The translations under genes and the position numbers were made by a program. This document shows, one piece after another, positions 1 to 8,972 of a stretch of 32,000 nt of DNA (within the stretch, counting starts at the first letter, position 1; the number at the start of each line of letters is the position of its first letter). The stretch is from Aliivibrio fischeri ES114. GTDB lineage: Bacteria; Pseudomonadota; Gammaproteobacteria; Enterobacterales; Vibrionaceae. The notes beneath the pieces were generated by a model that saw only the letters and a list, made by a program, of their open reading frames with translations, ran no database searches and was not told the DNA's origin. Location: the NCBI RefSeq assembly GCF_000011805.1, contig NC_006840.2; one strand, written 5' to 3'.

Positions 1-507
<507 letters not shown>

Positions 508-586
508 TTATAAAAACAATTAATTACGAGAAAATAAAATTACATATTTTGATTTAATTCATCATATTTGCTTTTAATTAATGTAC

Positions 587-602
587 CGTGATAACAATCA
601 CA
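587..602. promoter_or_regulatory. CRP-like site CGTGA-N6-TCACA upstream of ansB
   Basis: cGTGATAACAATCACA matches 9 of 10 positions of TGTGA-N6-TCACA. Its centre is about 99 nt upstream of the ansB ATG. E. coli ansB is known to be CRP and FNR co-activated. Confidence 0.35.
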
Positions 603-833
603 ACTATCATATCCACACAGAACAATATTAGATTTAATTTTTGAAAATCAACAATTTACAAACATAATAAACCACAAACCACACATTCAGAAACATGGTA
701 ATTACATAGTGATCTGCATCATTAAAATACACATTAACGCCTGAACTTTCCTACTCATCATTTCACTCTATTTCTTTCAAAACCTAGCAGAGAAAGGTAG
801 AATATCGCCCCCGAAAAAAAGAAAGGTAAAGTC

Positions 834-1523
834 ATGTCATCAACAAAGCAAAAGGCCCTTAAAAAGATAGCTAAATGTCTTGAGCTCGGTAATTCAGCAA
901 ATGTGAATGAAGCCGCTCAAGCCATAAAAATGGCTCATCGCCTTATGCTTAAGTATGGCCTTGAAAAAGATGACATCGAATTTATCAAGATGGGTAAGAC
1001 ACAAAGTATCCATCTGCTTCCTGCTAATGTAGGCAGTAATATATTAAAAATCATCCGTGGTATTAATACCCGCTTTGGTGTCGAAGCCGTATTACTTAAT
1101 CATAAAGGCTTAAAGAAAGTTGAATTCATCGGTTCGGCAGATCGTGCTATTTTTGCAGCTTTCGCATTTGACATTGTTTATCGTGAAATGAATGAACAAA
1201 CGGGACAATTTAAAAACAGCTTTGCAGGAACGGGCACAGGACAGTTAGAAGTCACTAAACGTGTAAATTCATTTTTAGCAGGCTGGATTGAGGGTGCATT
1301 AGAAAAATTACCTGTGATCGCCCCTGATGAAGACTCAGCAAACAAAATTAATGACTACATTGATAAAGAATTCAAAAATATAGACCGCGAAACCTTTAAA
1401 CAGCAATTAAAAGAGGCAATGGCTAATATTACTGCTGATTACGAAAAAGGTTTAAAGAAAGGTCGAACTATTTCAGTTAACCGCCCTGTCGCAGGTGCGC
1501 AAGCGCCAAAACTTCTGAAGTAA
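834..1523 (+). CDS. DUF2786-type protein, function unknown
   Basis: The N-terminus KALKKIAKCLELGNSANVNEAAQAIKMAHRLMLKYGL fits the DUF2786 helical motif as I remember it. The start context is AAAGGTAAAGTCATG. The remainder is unrecognised. Confidence 0.6.
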   Translation: MSSTKQKALKKIAKCLELGNSANVNEAAQAIKMAHRLMLKYGLEKDDIEFIKMGKTQSIHLLPANVGSNILKIIRGINTRFGVEAVLLNHKGLKKVEFIGSADRAIFAAFAFDIVYREMNEQTGQFKNSFAGTGTGQLEVTKRVNSFLAGWIEGALEKLPVIAPDEDSANKINDYIDKEFKNIDRETFKQQLKEAMANITADYEKGLKKGRTISVNRPVAGAQAPKLLK

Positions 1524-1561
1524 TACTTTGGTAGCATGTTTGTTAAAAAATTGATGTTACT

Positions 1562-1575
1562 TTGATTTAAATCAA
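1562..1575. promoter_or_regulatory. Perfect FNR-type box TTGAT-TTAA-ATCAA
   Basis: It matches the TTGAT-N4-ATCAA consensus exactly and sits inside a perfect 16-bp palindrome TTTGATTTAAATCAAA (1561-1576). The centre is 68 nt upstream of the ATG at 1637. Confidence 0.55.
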
Positions 1576-1636
1576 ACGAATGCTCTAGATTGCACGATAC
1601 CTTTAAGTTGTTAAACAAATGTTGCAAGGAGCAATT

Positions 1637-1819
1637 ATGACATTACTAAGAAACCCAAAATGCTATACGGATGTGTGTATTGATGGAAAGTGGTACCACT
1701 ATGATCACTGTGGTACCCAAGTTTATATGCTAAAAGGCGGAGCTGAAGCGTTTTTTGAATTAGATTCAGAGCCCGTAACTGAAAATGAATTAATTGAACA
1801 AATTAAGCAGTTTGGCTAA
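1637..1819 (+). CDS. Small (60 aa) Cys/His-rich hypothetical protein
   Basis: A strong SD AAGGAG (1626-1631) lies 5 nt before the ATG at 1637, whereas the track start at 1619 has no SD. The protein is MTLLRNPKCYTDVCIDGKWYHYDHCGTQ... with the pattern C-X4-C-X6-H-X2-H-C. I recognise no homology. Confidence 0.55.
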   Translation: MTLLRNPKCYTDVCIDGKWYHYDHCGTQVYMLKGGAEAFFELDSEPVTENELIEQIKQFG

Positions 1820-2498
1820 TTTTCAAATTAATCGCATCATGGCAACAACGAATTGTCTGTAATAGAAAAGGAGTCTGACTTTTGTTACAGGCAACTTGAT
1901 TGATCGATAACAACATACTTCCAGAACTTAAATTCAACGCATCAGATTCGAGCTGAGATGCAGGAATAATCCCTACCTCTATCTCATGTTTTTCCGAATC
2001 ATATTCAAAGCTATTCAATAATTGAGTTAGTACGTCCGTTTGTTCGTCATGACTTAATAATGTCGTCATTTCCTCTGGAATATATCGGTACTGAACCGCA
2101 ACCCTTCTTCCATCAATATGGATAAGAGAAACTTGTTGTTTGACGTAAGAAAATGGAGACAACTTTAAAACGGTCAGCATTTCTTTTGTTGCTAACAATC
2201 GATGAGAAGAAAGCGCCTCAATTCGGCAATTTCTTTTCTGCTCCTTACACGCCTCCGCAATATCAATACATTGCATAGGATTAAATATTAACTTAGCCGT
2301 TGATACAAACCAGCCTCTACGCTCTTCTTTGTATATTTTACCTGATAAGGCTAAATGATTAAGGGCTTCACGTAGTGTAATGCGTGTTGTAGAAAATGTT
2401 TCAGCTAGCGTTCTTTCTGAAGGCAACTTTTGTCCAGCCTCAAACATGCCAGTATCAATTTGCTCTTCTATTGCATCTTTAATCGTTAAATACTGCAT
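1803..2498 (-). CDS. GntR/HutC-family transcriptional regulator (wHTH plus UTRA-like effector domain)
   Basis: The N-terminus ...GQKLPSERTLAETFSTTRITLREALNHLALSGKIYKEERRGWFV is a typical GntR HTH. At 231 aa the length fits the HutC subfamily. It starts 8 nt after the stop of the upstream cysG-like gene. Confidence 0.8.
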   Translation of the reverse strand: MQYLTIKDAIEEQIDTGMFEAGQKLPSERTLAETFSTTRITLREALNHLALSGKIYKEERRGWFVSTAKLIFNPMQCIDIAEACKEQKRNCRIEALSSHRLLATKEMLTVLKLSPFSYVKQQVSLIHIDGRRVAVQYRYIPEEMTTLLSHDEQTDVLTQLLNSFEYDSEKHEIEVGIIPASQLESDALNLSSGSMLLSINQVACNKSQTPFLLQTIRCCHDAINLKISQTA

Positions 2499-2506
2499 TA
2501 ATAAAC

Positions 2507-3448
2507 CTATAATGTAGGAACATATACATCATTTGCTAAATAATGCTGAATATTTGAATCACTGAATAATTGACCTTTTTTCACTAAAATAGTCACTCGG
2601 ATGTTTTCAGCGTTTGCTTTATCCAAATAATCCGCCATCTCTTTTTCAGAACGAATATAAATACGCTCCGCATCACGACGACAAAGCTCAATGAATTCAG
2701 CAGGACAACTTTCAAAAGCAATAACCCATTCTGCTTGCTGCATTAATCGCAGTGCTTTTAGAGTCAGCATTTCAGTATCCGAATTATACTCAATCCAATT
2801 CCGTTCAGACTTAATTTGAACATCAGTCGTTAATGCTTGTTGAAATAATGCTTCTAATTCATTTCGAGTATTTATCTTCTCGATTTCGGGCAATCGCAAA
2901 AAGGTTTCCCAAAATTTTCTTCTCTCATCAACAGTTTTAAAATGCTGTTTAATAAGATTTCGCTTATCAGCACCAAAGTCCGCTAACATGGCAACTTTTG
3001 TTGATAGCTGAGTTTCAAGCTGTTCTCTAATAATTCGGATTAATACCGGAGATGCTCCACCACTTGAAATAGCGACCTGAACACGACCTCGATTGACCAT
3101 TGATGGCGTTATAAAATCACAATATTCCGTATCATCAACAACATTCACCGGAACGCCAACGTCATGCGCATCAGCATGTACTTGGTGATTTAAATCTGAA
3201 TTGTCTGTTGTTGCCCATACTTGTACGTAATCATTACTTAATAAGTTTTTATGATAAAAACCCTTTATATATTCAAGCTTCCCTTCTTCTACGTATTTCA
3301 TTAAATAAGCTTTAATTGATGGTGCGACAACGGTAATACTTGCCTCAGCTTGCAGCAACATATCTATCTTACGACAGGCTACTTCACCACCACCAACAAC
3401 CAATACTGGTCGCTTTTTAATATCCATAAACATGGGAAAATATCTCAT
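2507..3448 (-). CDS. Precorrin-2 dehydrogenase / sirohydrochlorin ferrochelatase (CysG N-terminal type) with a vestigial methyltransferase-like tail
   Basis: MRYFPMFMDIKKRPVLVVGGGEVACRKIDMLL...AISSGGASPVLIRIIREQLE...ERRKFWETF aligns by eye to E. coli CysG residues 1 to about 210. The last ~100 aa resemble only the start of the SUMT domain and lack GAGPGD and GGDP. Confidence 0.75.
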   Translation of the reverse strand: MRYFPMFMDIKKRPVLVVGGGEVACRKIDMLLQAEASITVVAPSIKAYLMKYVEEGKLEYIKGFYHKNLLSNDYVQVWATTDNSDLNHQVHADAHDVGVPVNVVDDTEYCDFITPSMVNRGRVQVAISSGGASPVLIRIIREQLETQLSTKVAMLADFGADKRNLIKQHFKTVDERRKFWETFLRLPEIEKINTRNELEALFQQALTTDVQIKSERNWIEYNSDTEMLTLKALRLMQQAEWVIAFESCPAEFIELCRRDAERIYIRSEKEMADYLDKANAENIRVTILVKKGQLFSDSNIQHYLANDVYVPTL

Positions 3449-3836
3449 TACAATCCGCTTCCTTAATATCTCTTTGAATATACAGCTTTAATATACCTTG
3501 ATTTTAAAAAATAAGGTATGCATTCAGTAAACCATGATTGTTTAGTTAACACATTCAAAATTTATAATAATTAACAATTTTACAACAAACACACTCATTA
3601 GACCTGATCACTATGACCACATAAAATCAAAAAAGCAGTGTTTATCACCAGTAAAGATAAAAATAAACCGATATATCAACTGGTTTTTACATTATCTTGA
3701 ATTTCACAAATTGTTAACCTTTAGTTATCTTTAAATACAGTTGCTTAAAAATAAGGCAATCGTTCTATCAACGGCTAACTCAACGCAATAGATTGAGATA
3801 AGCCAGCTAAATTACGCACAACAAGGAAGAACACAG

Positions 3837-4865
3837 ATGAAATTTAAAACAAATAAACTGTTTGCTGCTATTGCTACTTCTGCGGCACTTTTATCAGCTC
3901 CAGCACTCGCTGCAAGTGGAACATTAGAAAAAGTTCAAAAAAATGGATATTTACAATGTGGTGTGAGTACTGGTTTACCTGGTTTTTCAAACCCTAACTC
4001 AAAAGGTGAATGGGAAGGTATCGACGTTGAATTCTGTCAAGCCGTCGCAGCTGCCGTACTAGGTGATAAATCTAAAGTAAAATACGTACCTTTAACAGCC
4101 AAAGAGCGATTTACAGCTCTACAGTCAGGCGAGATTGATGTGCTTTCTCGTAACACTACATGGACTTTACACCGAGACACTTCTTTAGGCCTAAATTTTG
4201 TCGGTGTAAATTACTATGATGGTCAAGGCTTCATGGTTAAGAAAGAGCTTGGATTAACGAGTGCAAAAGAACTTGATGGCGCATCGGTTTGTGTTCAATC
4301 AGGTACAACTACCGAGTTAAACCTTGCTGACTACTTCCGTAATAATAATATGGAATACAAACCAGTGGTTTTTGATACTGCAGCACAAACATCTAAAGGT
4401 TTTGATGCCGGCCGTTGTGATGTTCTTACCACCGACCAATCTGGTTTGTATGCTCTACGCCTTAATTTAAAAGATCCTAAAACAGCTCAAGTTTTACCAG
4501 AAATAATCTCAAAAGAACCCTTAGGTCCGGTAGTTCGCCAAGGGGATGATCAATGGTTCAACATTAATAAATGGGTTTTAAATACCATGATCAATGCTGA
4601 GGAATACGGTATCAGTTCTAAAAATGCTGACCAAATGCTGAAATCGAAAGATCCAAACATTAAACGTATTCTTGGTGTTGATGGGCCAAAAGGCAAAGGA
4701 TTGGGAATTCGTGATGATTGGGGCTACCAAGTGGTGAAACAAGTCGGTAACTATGGCGAAAGTTTTGAACGCACCGTAGGTGAAGGTTCTCCATTACAAA
4801 TCTCTCGTGGCGTCAATGCACTTTGGAATGCTGGTGGCTTTGTGTATGCAGCACCCATTCGTTAA
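3837..4865 (+). CDS. aapJ: General L-amino-acid ABC transporter, periplasmic substrate-binding protein
   Basis: It has a signal peptide (…SAPALAASG) and a family-3 SBP sequence. At 342 aa it is the length of AapJ/BztA/YhdW. It is first in a four-gene ABC operon. Confidence 0.85.
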   Translation: MKFKTNKLFAAIATSAALLSAPALAASGTLEKVQKNGYLQCGVSTGLPGFSNPNSKGEWEGIDVEFCQAVAAAVLGDKSKVKYVPLTAKERFTALQSGEIDVLSRNTTWTLHRDTSLGLNFVGVNYYDGQGFMVKKELGLTSAKELDGASVCVQSGTTTELNLADYFRNNNMEYKPVVFDTAAQTSKGFDAGRCDVLTTDQSGLYALRLNLKDPKTAQVLPEIISKEPLGPVVRQGDDQWFNINKWVLNTMINAEEYGISSKNADQMLKSKDPNIKRILGVDGPKGKGLGIRDDWGYQVVKQVGNYGESFERTVGEGSPLQISRGVNALWNAGGFVYAAPIR

Positions 4866-4906
4866 TCAACTCATAGTCTAATTATAAATATAAAAACACA
4901 ATTTAT

Positions 4907-4928
4907 GGGGTGAATCTTCACCCCTTTT
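4907..4928 (+). terminator. Intercistronic GC-rich hairpin plus T4 (probable partial terminator or attenuator after the SBP gene)
   Basis: The sequence GGGGTGA-atct-TCACCCC is followed by TTTT. It sits between aapJ and aapQ, a common arrangement that gives excess binding protein. Confidence 0.4.
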
Positions 4929-4955
4929 AATAAATGGATTTAAGGTTGTAGTTGT

Positions 4956-6122
4956 ATGTCATCTAAAAATAAAAACATCTTATATAATCCAACATTTCGT
5001 GCGATTTTATTTCAAGTGATAGCAGTTGCTGCACTTGTCTTTTTTTTCTACACCATAGTTAACAATGCATTATCCAATTTAGAATCTCGTGGTATCGCAA
5101 CTGGCCTTGGCTTTTTAGATCAAGAAGCCGGCTTTGGTATCGGCCTTTCTTTAGTGGAGTACGATGAAACATACAGTTATGGTCGCACGTTTGTTGTCGG
5201 ATTATTAAACACCGCTCTTGTGTCTGTCCTTGGTATCTTATTTGCTACCGTTTTGGGCTTTACTATTGGTATCGCACGACTCTCAAGTAATTGGCTAGTT
5301 AGTCGATGTGCCGCAGTTTATATTGAGACTTTCCGAAATATCCCTCTTTTATTACAAATTTTCTTTTGGTATTTCGCCGTCTTACAAGCGCTTCCCTCTC
5401 CTAGACAAAGTTTGAGTTTAGGTGAAAGTGTCTTTTTAAACGTTCGTGGTTTATTTTTTCCAAGCCCTATTTTCGAAGAAGGTTCGAACTTAATTGGTAT
5501 CGCTTTTATTGCCGCGATTGTATTTATTTTATTTTTATCTAAATGGGCAAAAAACAAACAGCGCATTACAGGGCAGCAAACACCCGTATTACGTTACTCT
5601 CTTCTTGCTCTGTTTGGTTTACCCACTTTAGCTTATTTTATTTCTGGAATGCCAATATCTATTGAATATCCAGAATTAAAAGGATTCAACTTTCGTGGTG
5701 GTATTAGCATCATTCCTGAATTAGCGGCATTGGTCGTTGCTCTTAGTGTATATACCGCCTCTTTTATTGCTGAGATAGTTCGTTCGGGTATCAATGCCGT
5801 GAGCCATGGTCAAACAGAAGCAGCGATGGCACTTGGTTTACCAAGAAAACGAACCCTTAAATTGGTCGTTATTCCGCAAGCGATGCGAATCATCATTCCC
5901 CCTCTCACTAGCCAATATTTAAATTTAACTAAAAACTCATCCTTAGCAATGGCAATTGGTTACCCTGACTTAGTTTCGGTGTTTGCAGGAACAACACTAA
6001 ACCAAACAGGTCAAGCTATTGAGATCATCACAATGACCATGGCGGTGTACCTAACACTAAGCCTATTAACCTCATTTTTGATGAACATTTACAACAGCAA
6101 AGTTGCATTGGTTGAGAGGTAA
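4956..6122 (+). CDS. aapQ: Amino-acid ABC transporter permease
   Basis: This is a multi-TM protein with an EAA-type loop region (…TEAAMALGLPRKRTLKLVVIPQAMRIIIPPLTSQYLNLTKNSSLA). Its size matches AapQ/YhdX. Confidence 0.85.
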   Translation: MSSKNKNILYNPTFRAILFQVIAVAALVFFFYTIVNNALSNLESRGIATGLGFLDQEAGFGIGLSLVEYDETYSYGRTFVVGLLNTALVSVLGILFATVLGFTIGIARLSSNWLVSRCAAVYIETFRNIPLLLQIFFWYFAVLQALPSPRQSLSLGESVFLNVRGLFFPSPIFEEGSNLIGIAFIAAIVFILFLSKWAKNKQRITGQQTPVLRYSLLALFGLPTLAYFISGMPISIEYPELKGFNFRGGISIIPELAALVVALSVYTASFIAEIVRSGINAVSHGQTEAAMALGLPRKRTLKLVVIPQAMRIIIPPLTSQYLNLTKNSSLAMAIGYPDLVSVFAGTTLNQTGQAIEIITMTMAVYLTLSLLTSFLMNIYNSKVALVER

Positions 6123-6124
6123 TT

Positions 6125-7222
6125 ATGAATACACATCAATTTCAGCCAGATTTACCACCACCAGCTAATACCGTTGGTGCAGTAACTTGGCTTAAAAAAC
6201 ATTTATTTAATGGCCCAATTAACTCCATTCTAACTCTTATTATCGCTTACCTTGCAATCATCGGGTTATGGAATGTGATTTCTTGGGGCTTAATTAACGC
6301 TGATTGGATTGGCACAACCCGTGATGCCTGTTCTAGTGAAGGCGCTTGTTGGGTGATGATAAGCGTTCGCTGGGACCAATTCATGTATGGTTTTTATCCT
6401 AGTGATGAATTGTGGCGTCCACAGCTATTTTATGGGTTATTAGCGATTTTCGTTGCACTACTAGCTTATGAACACACACCAAAGAAATTTGCGATTTGGT
6501 TAATTTTTGTAAATATTTTTCCTATCTTCGCAGCCTTTCTTCTTTATGGCGGTGTTTTTGACTTACCGGTTGTAGACACTCACTTATGGGGCGGATTACT
6601 AATAACTCTCGTAATTGCCATTGTAGGTATTGTCGTTTCTCTTCCTATTGGTGTTGCACTGGCACTTGGTCGACGTTCAGAAATGCCTATCATTCGAAGT
6701 ATGTGTACGGTGTATATCGAAATCTGGCGTGGTGTACCACTCATTACCGTGCTTTTCATGGCTTCCGTTATGCTTCCGTTGTTTTTATCAGAGGGAATGG
6801 AGCTAGATAAACTCTTTAGAGCATTAATTGGTGTTGTTCTATTTAGTGCCGCTTACATGGCAGAAGTTGTCAGAGGGGGCTTACAAGCGATTCCTAAAGG
6901 TCAATACGAGGCTGCAGACGCACTTGGTTTAGGGTACTGGAAAAAGATGCGCTTAATCATTTTGCCGCAAGCATTGAAAATTACGATCCCTTCTATTGTT
7001 AATACCTTTATCGGTTTATTCAAAGACACCAGTCTGGTTCTTATTATCGGGATGTTTGATGTGCTAGGTATTGGTCAAGCCGCAAATACCGACCCTGAAT
7101 GGCTTGGGTTTTCAACAGAAAGTTATGTCTTCGTCGCTTTGGTTTTCTGGGTGTTCTGTTTCTCTATGTCGAGATACTCCATCTACTTAGAAAATAAACT
7201 TCATACAGGTCATAAGCGATAA
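6125..7222 (+). CDS. aapM: Amino-acid ABC transporter permease
   Basis: It starts 2 nt after the aapQ stop. It carries an EAA-type loop (…YEAADALGLGYWKKMRLIILPQALKITIPSIVNTFIGLFKDTSLV). Its size matches AapM/YhdY. Confidence 0.85.
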   Translation: MNTHQFQPDLPPPANTVGAVTWLKKHLFNGPINSILTLIIAYLAIIGLWNVISWGLINADWIGTTRDACSSEGACWVMISVRWDQFMYGFYPSDELWRPQLFYGLLAIFVALLAYEHTPKKFAIWLIFVNIFPIFAAFLLYGGVFDLPVVDTHLWGGLLITLVIAIVGIVVSLPIGVALALGRRSEMPIIRSMCTVYIEIWRGVPLITVLFMASVMLPLFLSEGMELDKLFRALIGVVLFSAAYMAEVVRGGLQAIPKGQYEAADALGLGYWKKMRLIILPQALKITIPSIVNTFIGLFKDTSLVLIIGMFDVLGIGQAANTDPEWLGFSTESYVFVALVFWVFCFSMSRYSIYLENKLHTGHKR

Positions 7223-7249
7223 TTAACAGAATTCAAGGAAGTAGCAATT

Positions 7250-7999
7250 ATGGAAAATCAACAAGATTATATGATCCAACTAGAAGACATGAACAAATGG
7301 TATGGTCAATTTCATGTTTTAAAAAACATTAACTTAAAGGTTAAAAAAGGCGAAAAGATCGTTATTTGTGGGCCTTCTGGTTCTGGAAAATCAACAATGA
7401 TCCGCTGTATTAACCGATTAGAAGAGCACCAAAGAGGACACATCTTTGTTTCTGGTACAGAATTAACAGAAGATCTTAAGAACATTGAAGCGGTAAGAAA
7501 AGAAGTTGGAATGTGCTTTCAACACTTTAATCTCTTCCCTCATCTAACGGTGCTAGAAAACTGTACTCTCGCTCCTATTTGGGTGAAGAAAATGCCTAAA
7601 GCAGAGGCTGAAGCTCTAGCAATGCAATATCTTGAACGTGTAAAGATCCCAGATCAAGCAGATAAATATCCCGGGCAACTCTCTGGTGGACAACAACAGC
7701 GTGTAGCTATCGCTAGGTCGTTATGTATGAATCCACAAGTGATGCTATTTGATGAACCAACTTCAGCACTTGACCCTGAAATGGTTCGAGAAGTATTAGA
7801 TGTAATGGTTGAACTGGCAAGTGAAGGCATGACAATGCTGTGTGTTACACACGAGATGGGCTTTGCTAAAGAAGTGGCAGATAGAGTGATATTTATGGAT
7901 GCTGGTGAGATCATAGAAGAAAACAACCCTGTCGATTTCTTTGAGAACCCACAATCGGATCGAACTCAATTGTTCTTAAGTCAGATCTTGCATCATTAA
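7250..7999 (+). CDS. aapP: Amino-acid ABC transporter ATP-binding protein
   Basis: Walker A is GPSGSGKST, the ABC signature is [13 protein letters not shown], and Walker B is [11 protein letters not shown]. Confidence 0.9.
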   Translation: MENQQDYMIQLEDMNKWYGQFHVLKNINLKVKKGEKIVICGPSGSGKSTMIRCINRLEEHQRGHIFVSGTELTEDLKNIEAVRKEVGMCFQHFNLFPHLTVLENCTLAPIWVKKMPKAEAEALAMQYLERVKIPDQADKYPGQLSGGQQQRVAIARSLCMNPQVMLFDEPTSALDPEMVREVLDVMVELASEGMTMLCVTHEMGFAKEVADRVIFMDAGEIIEENNPVDFFENPQSDRTQLFLSQILHH

Positions 8000-8024
8000 C
8001 TTTTAAATACTAAATCCTCAAGTT

Positions 8025-8054
8025 AAAGCAGTGATCGTTTAATTACTGCTTTTT
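8025..8054 (+). terminator. Rho-independent terminator of the aap operon
   Basis: The stem AAAGCAGTGA / TTACTGCTTT is followed by a T-run, 26 nt after the aapP stop. Confidence 0.5.
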
Positions 8055-8217
8055 GTTACAGATGCTTACAAACTACATCTGCTAAGTTAATGTACTGATG
8101 TAAAATGGTTTCCAGCTCAATTAATTCAAACCGAAAGTCAATTCTATCTTGATTTTTGGAACTATAAGCGCCATAACTGTCTATATAATTATGTCAGTAC
8201 ATTCCAAGGGGAATACG

Positions 8218-8880
8218 ATGAATAATCAAATGTTCAGCCAAACTCATACACAAGAGTCGGCTCTACAAACTAACAAAGTATTACGTAATACTTATTTCTT
8301 ATTATCAATGACACTACTTTGGTCTGCGGTAGTTGCTGGTGTTTCAATGGCAATGAACCTACCTCGTCCAGGTATCATCATCATGCTTGTTGGTTTCTAC
8401 GGCCTACTTTTCTTGACGGAAAAGAACCGTAACAACAACATGGGTCTTGTATTTACGTTCCTATTTACAGGCTTCTTAGGCTACACCATTGGTCCAATCC
8501 TTAACATGTACATTGGTGCAGGTATGGGTGATGTGATCTTAACTGCACTTGGCGGTACTGCGCTTTCTTTCATGGCAGCATCTGCTTATGCACTAACAAC
8601 TAAGCGTGACCTATCGTTCCTTAACGGTGTGTTAATGGCTGGTTTTGTTGTTCTATTAATTGGTATGGTAGCAAACATCTTCCTACAAATGCCATTATTA
8701 CACCTAGCAATGAGTGGTATGTTTATCCTGTTCTCAACAGGTGCAATCTTGCTAACAACGCAATCAATCATTCGTGGTGGTGAAACAAACTACATCTCAG
8801 CAACGATTACGCTGTATGTTTCTATCTACAATATCTTCATCAGCCTACTAAGCATTCTTGGTATCATGCGTGATGATTAA
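8218..8880 (+). CDS. yccA: BAX-inhibitor-1 / YccA family inner-membrane protein (FtsH modulator)
   Basis: It is near-colinear with E. coli YccA as I recall it (…KVLRNTYFLLSMTLL…GGETNYISATITLYVSIYNIFISLLSILG…). I moved the start to ATG 8218, which follows AAGGGGAATACG. The track extension from 8149 contains a TATAAT hexamer (8184-8189) and is probably promoter. Confidence 0.9.
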   Translation: MNNQMFSQTHTQESALQTNKVLRNTYFLLSMTLLWSAVVAGVSMAMNLPRPGIIIMLVGFYGLLFLTEKNRNNNMGLVFTFLFTGFLGYTIGPILNMYIGAGMGDVILTALGGTALSFMAASAYALTTKRDLSFLNGVLMAGFVVLLIGMVANIFLQMPLLHLAMSGMFILFSTGAILLTTQSIIRGGETNYISATITLYVSIYNIFISLLSILGIMRDD

Positions 8881-8894
8881 TCGATAATATCGAA

Positions 8895-8929
8895 TAAAAA
8901 AAATGCCAGTCAATCGACTGGCATTTTTG
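8895..8929. terminator. Bidirectional rho-independent terminator
   Basis: The sequence is A8-ATGCCAGTC-aatc-GACTGGCAT-T5. It lies between convergent yccA and the Sel1 gene. Confidence 0.7.
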
Positions 8930-8972
8930 TATCTATGGTTTCTATTATTGTACCAATCACAGTAACTAGGTA

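Noticed and set aside
1561-1576. The 16-bp palindrome TTTGATTTAAATCAAA as a terminator of the DUF2786 gene.
   Set aside because: A perfect palindrome with no loop, an all-AT-rich stem and no following T-run is a poor RNA hairpin. An exact match to the FNR consensus is a better explanation.
2507-3448. The cysG-like gene as a pseudogene (a truncated cysG).
   Set aside because: The frame is intact, with a good SD and an N-terminus matching CysG. The stop is followed 8 nt later by the next gene of the operon, and no leftover methyltransferase-coding sequence lies downstream. This cannot be excluded without orthologue comparison, so it is reported as a finding instead.
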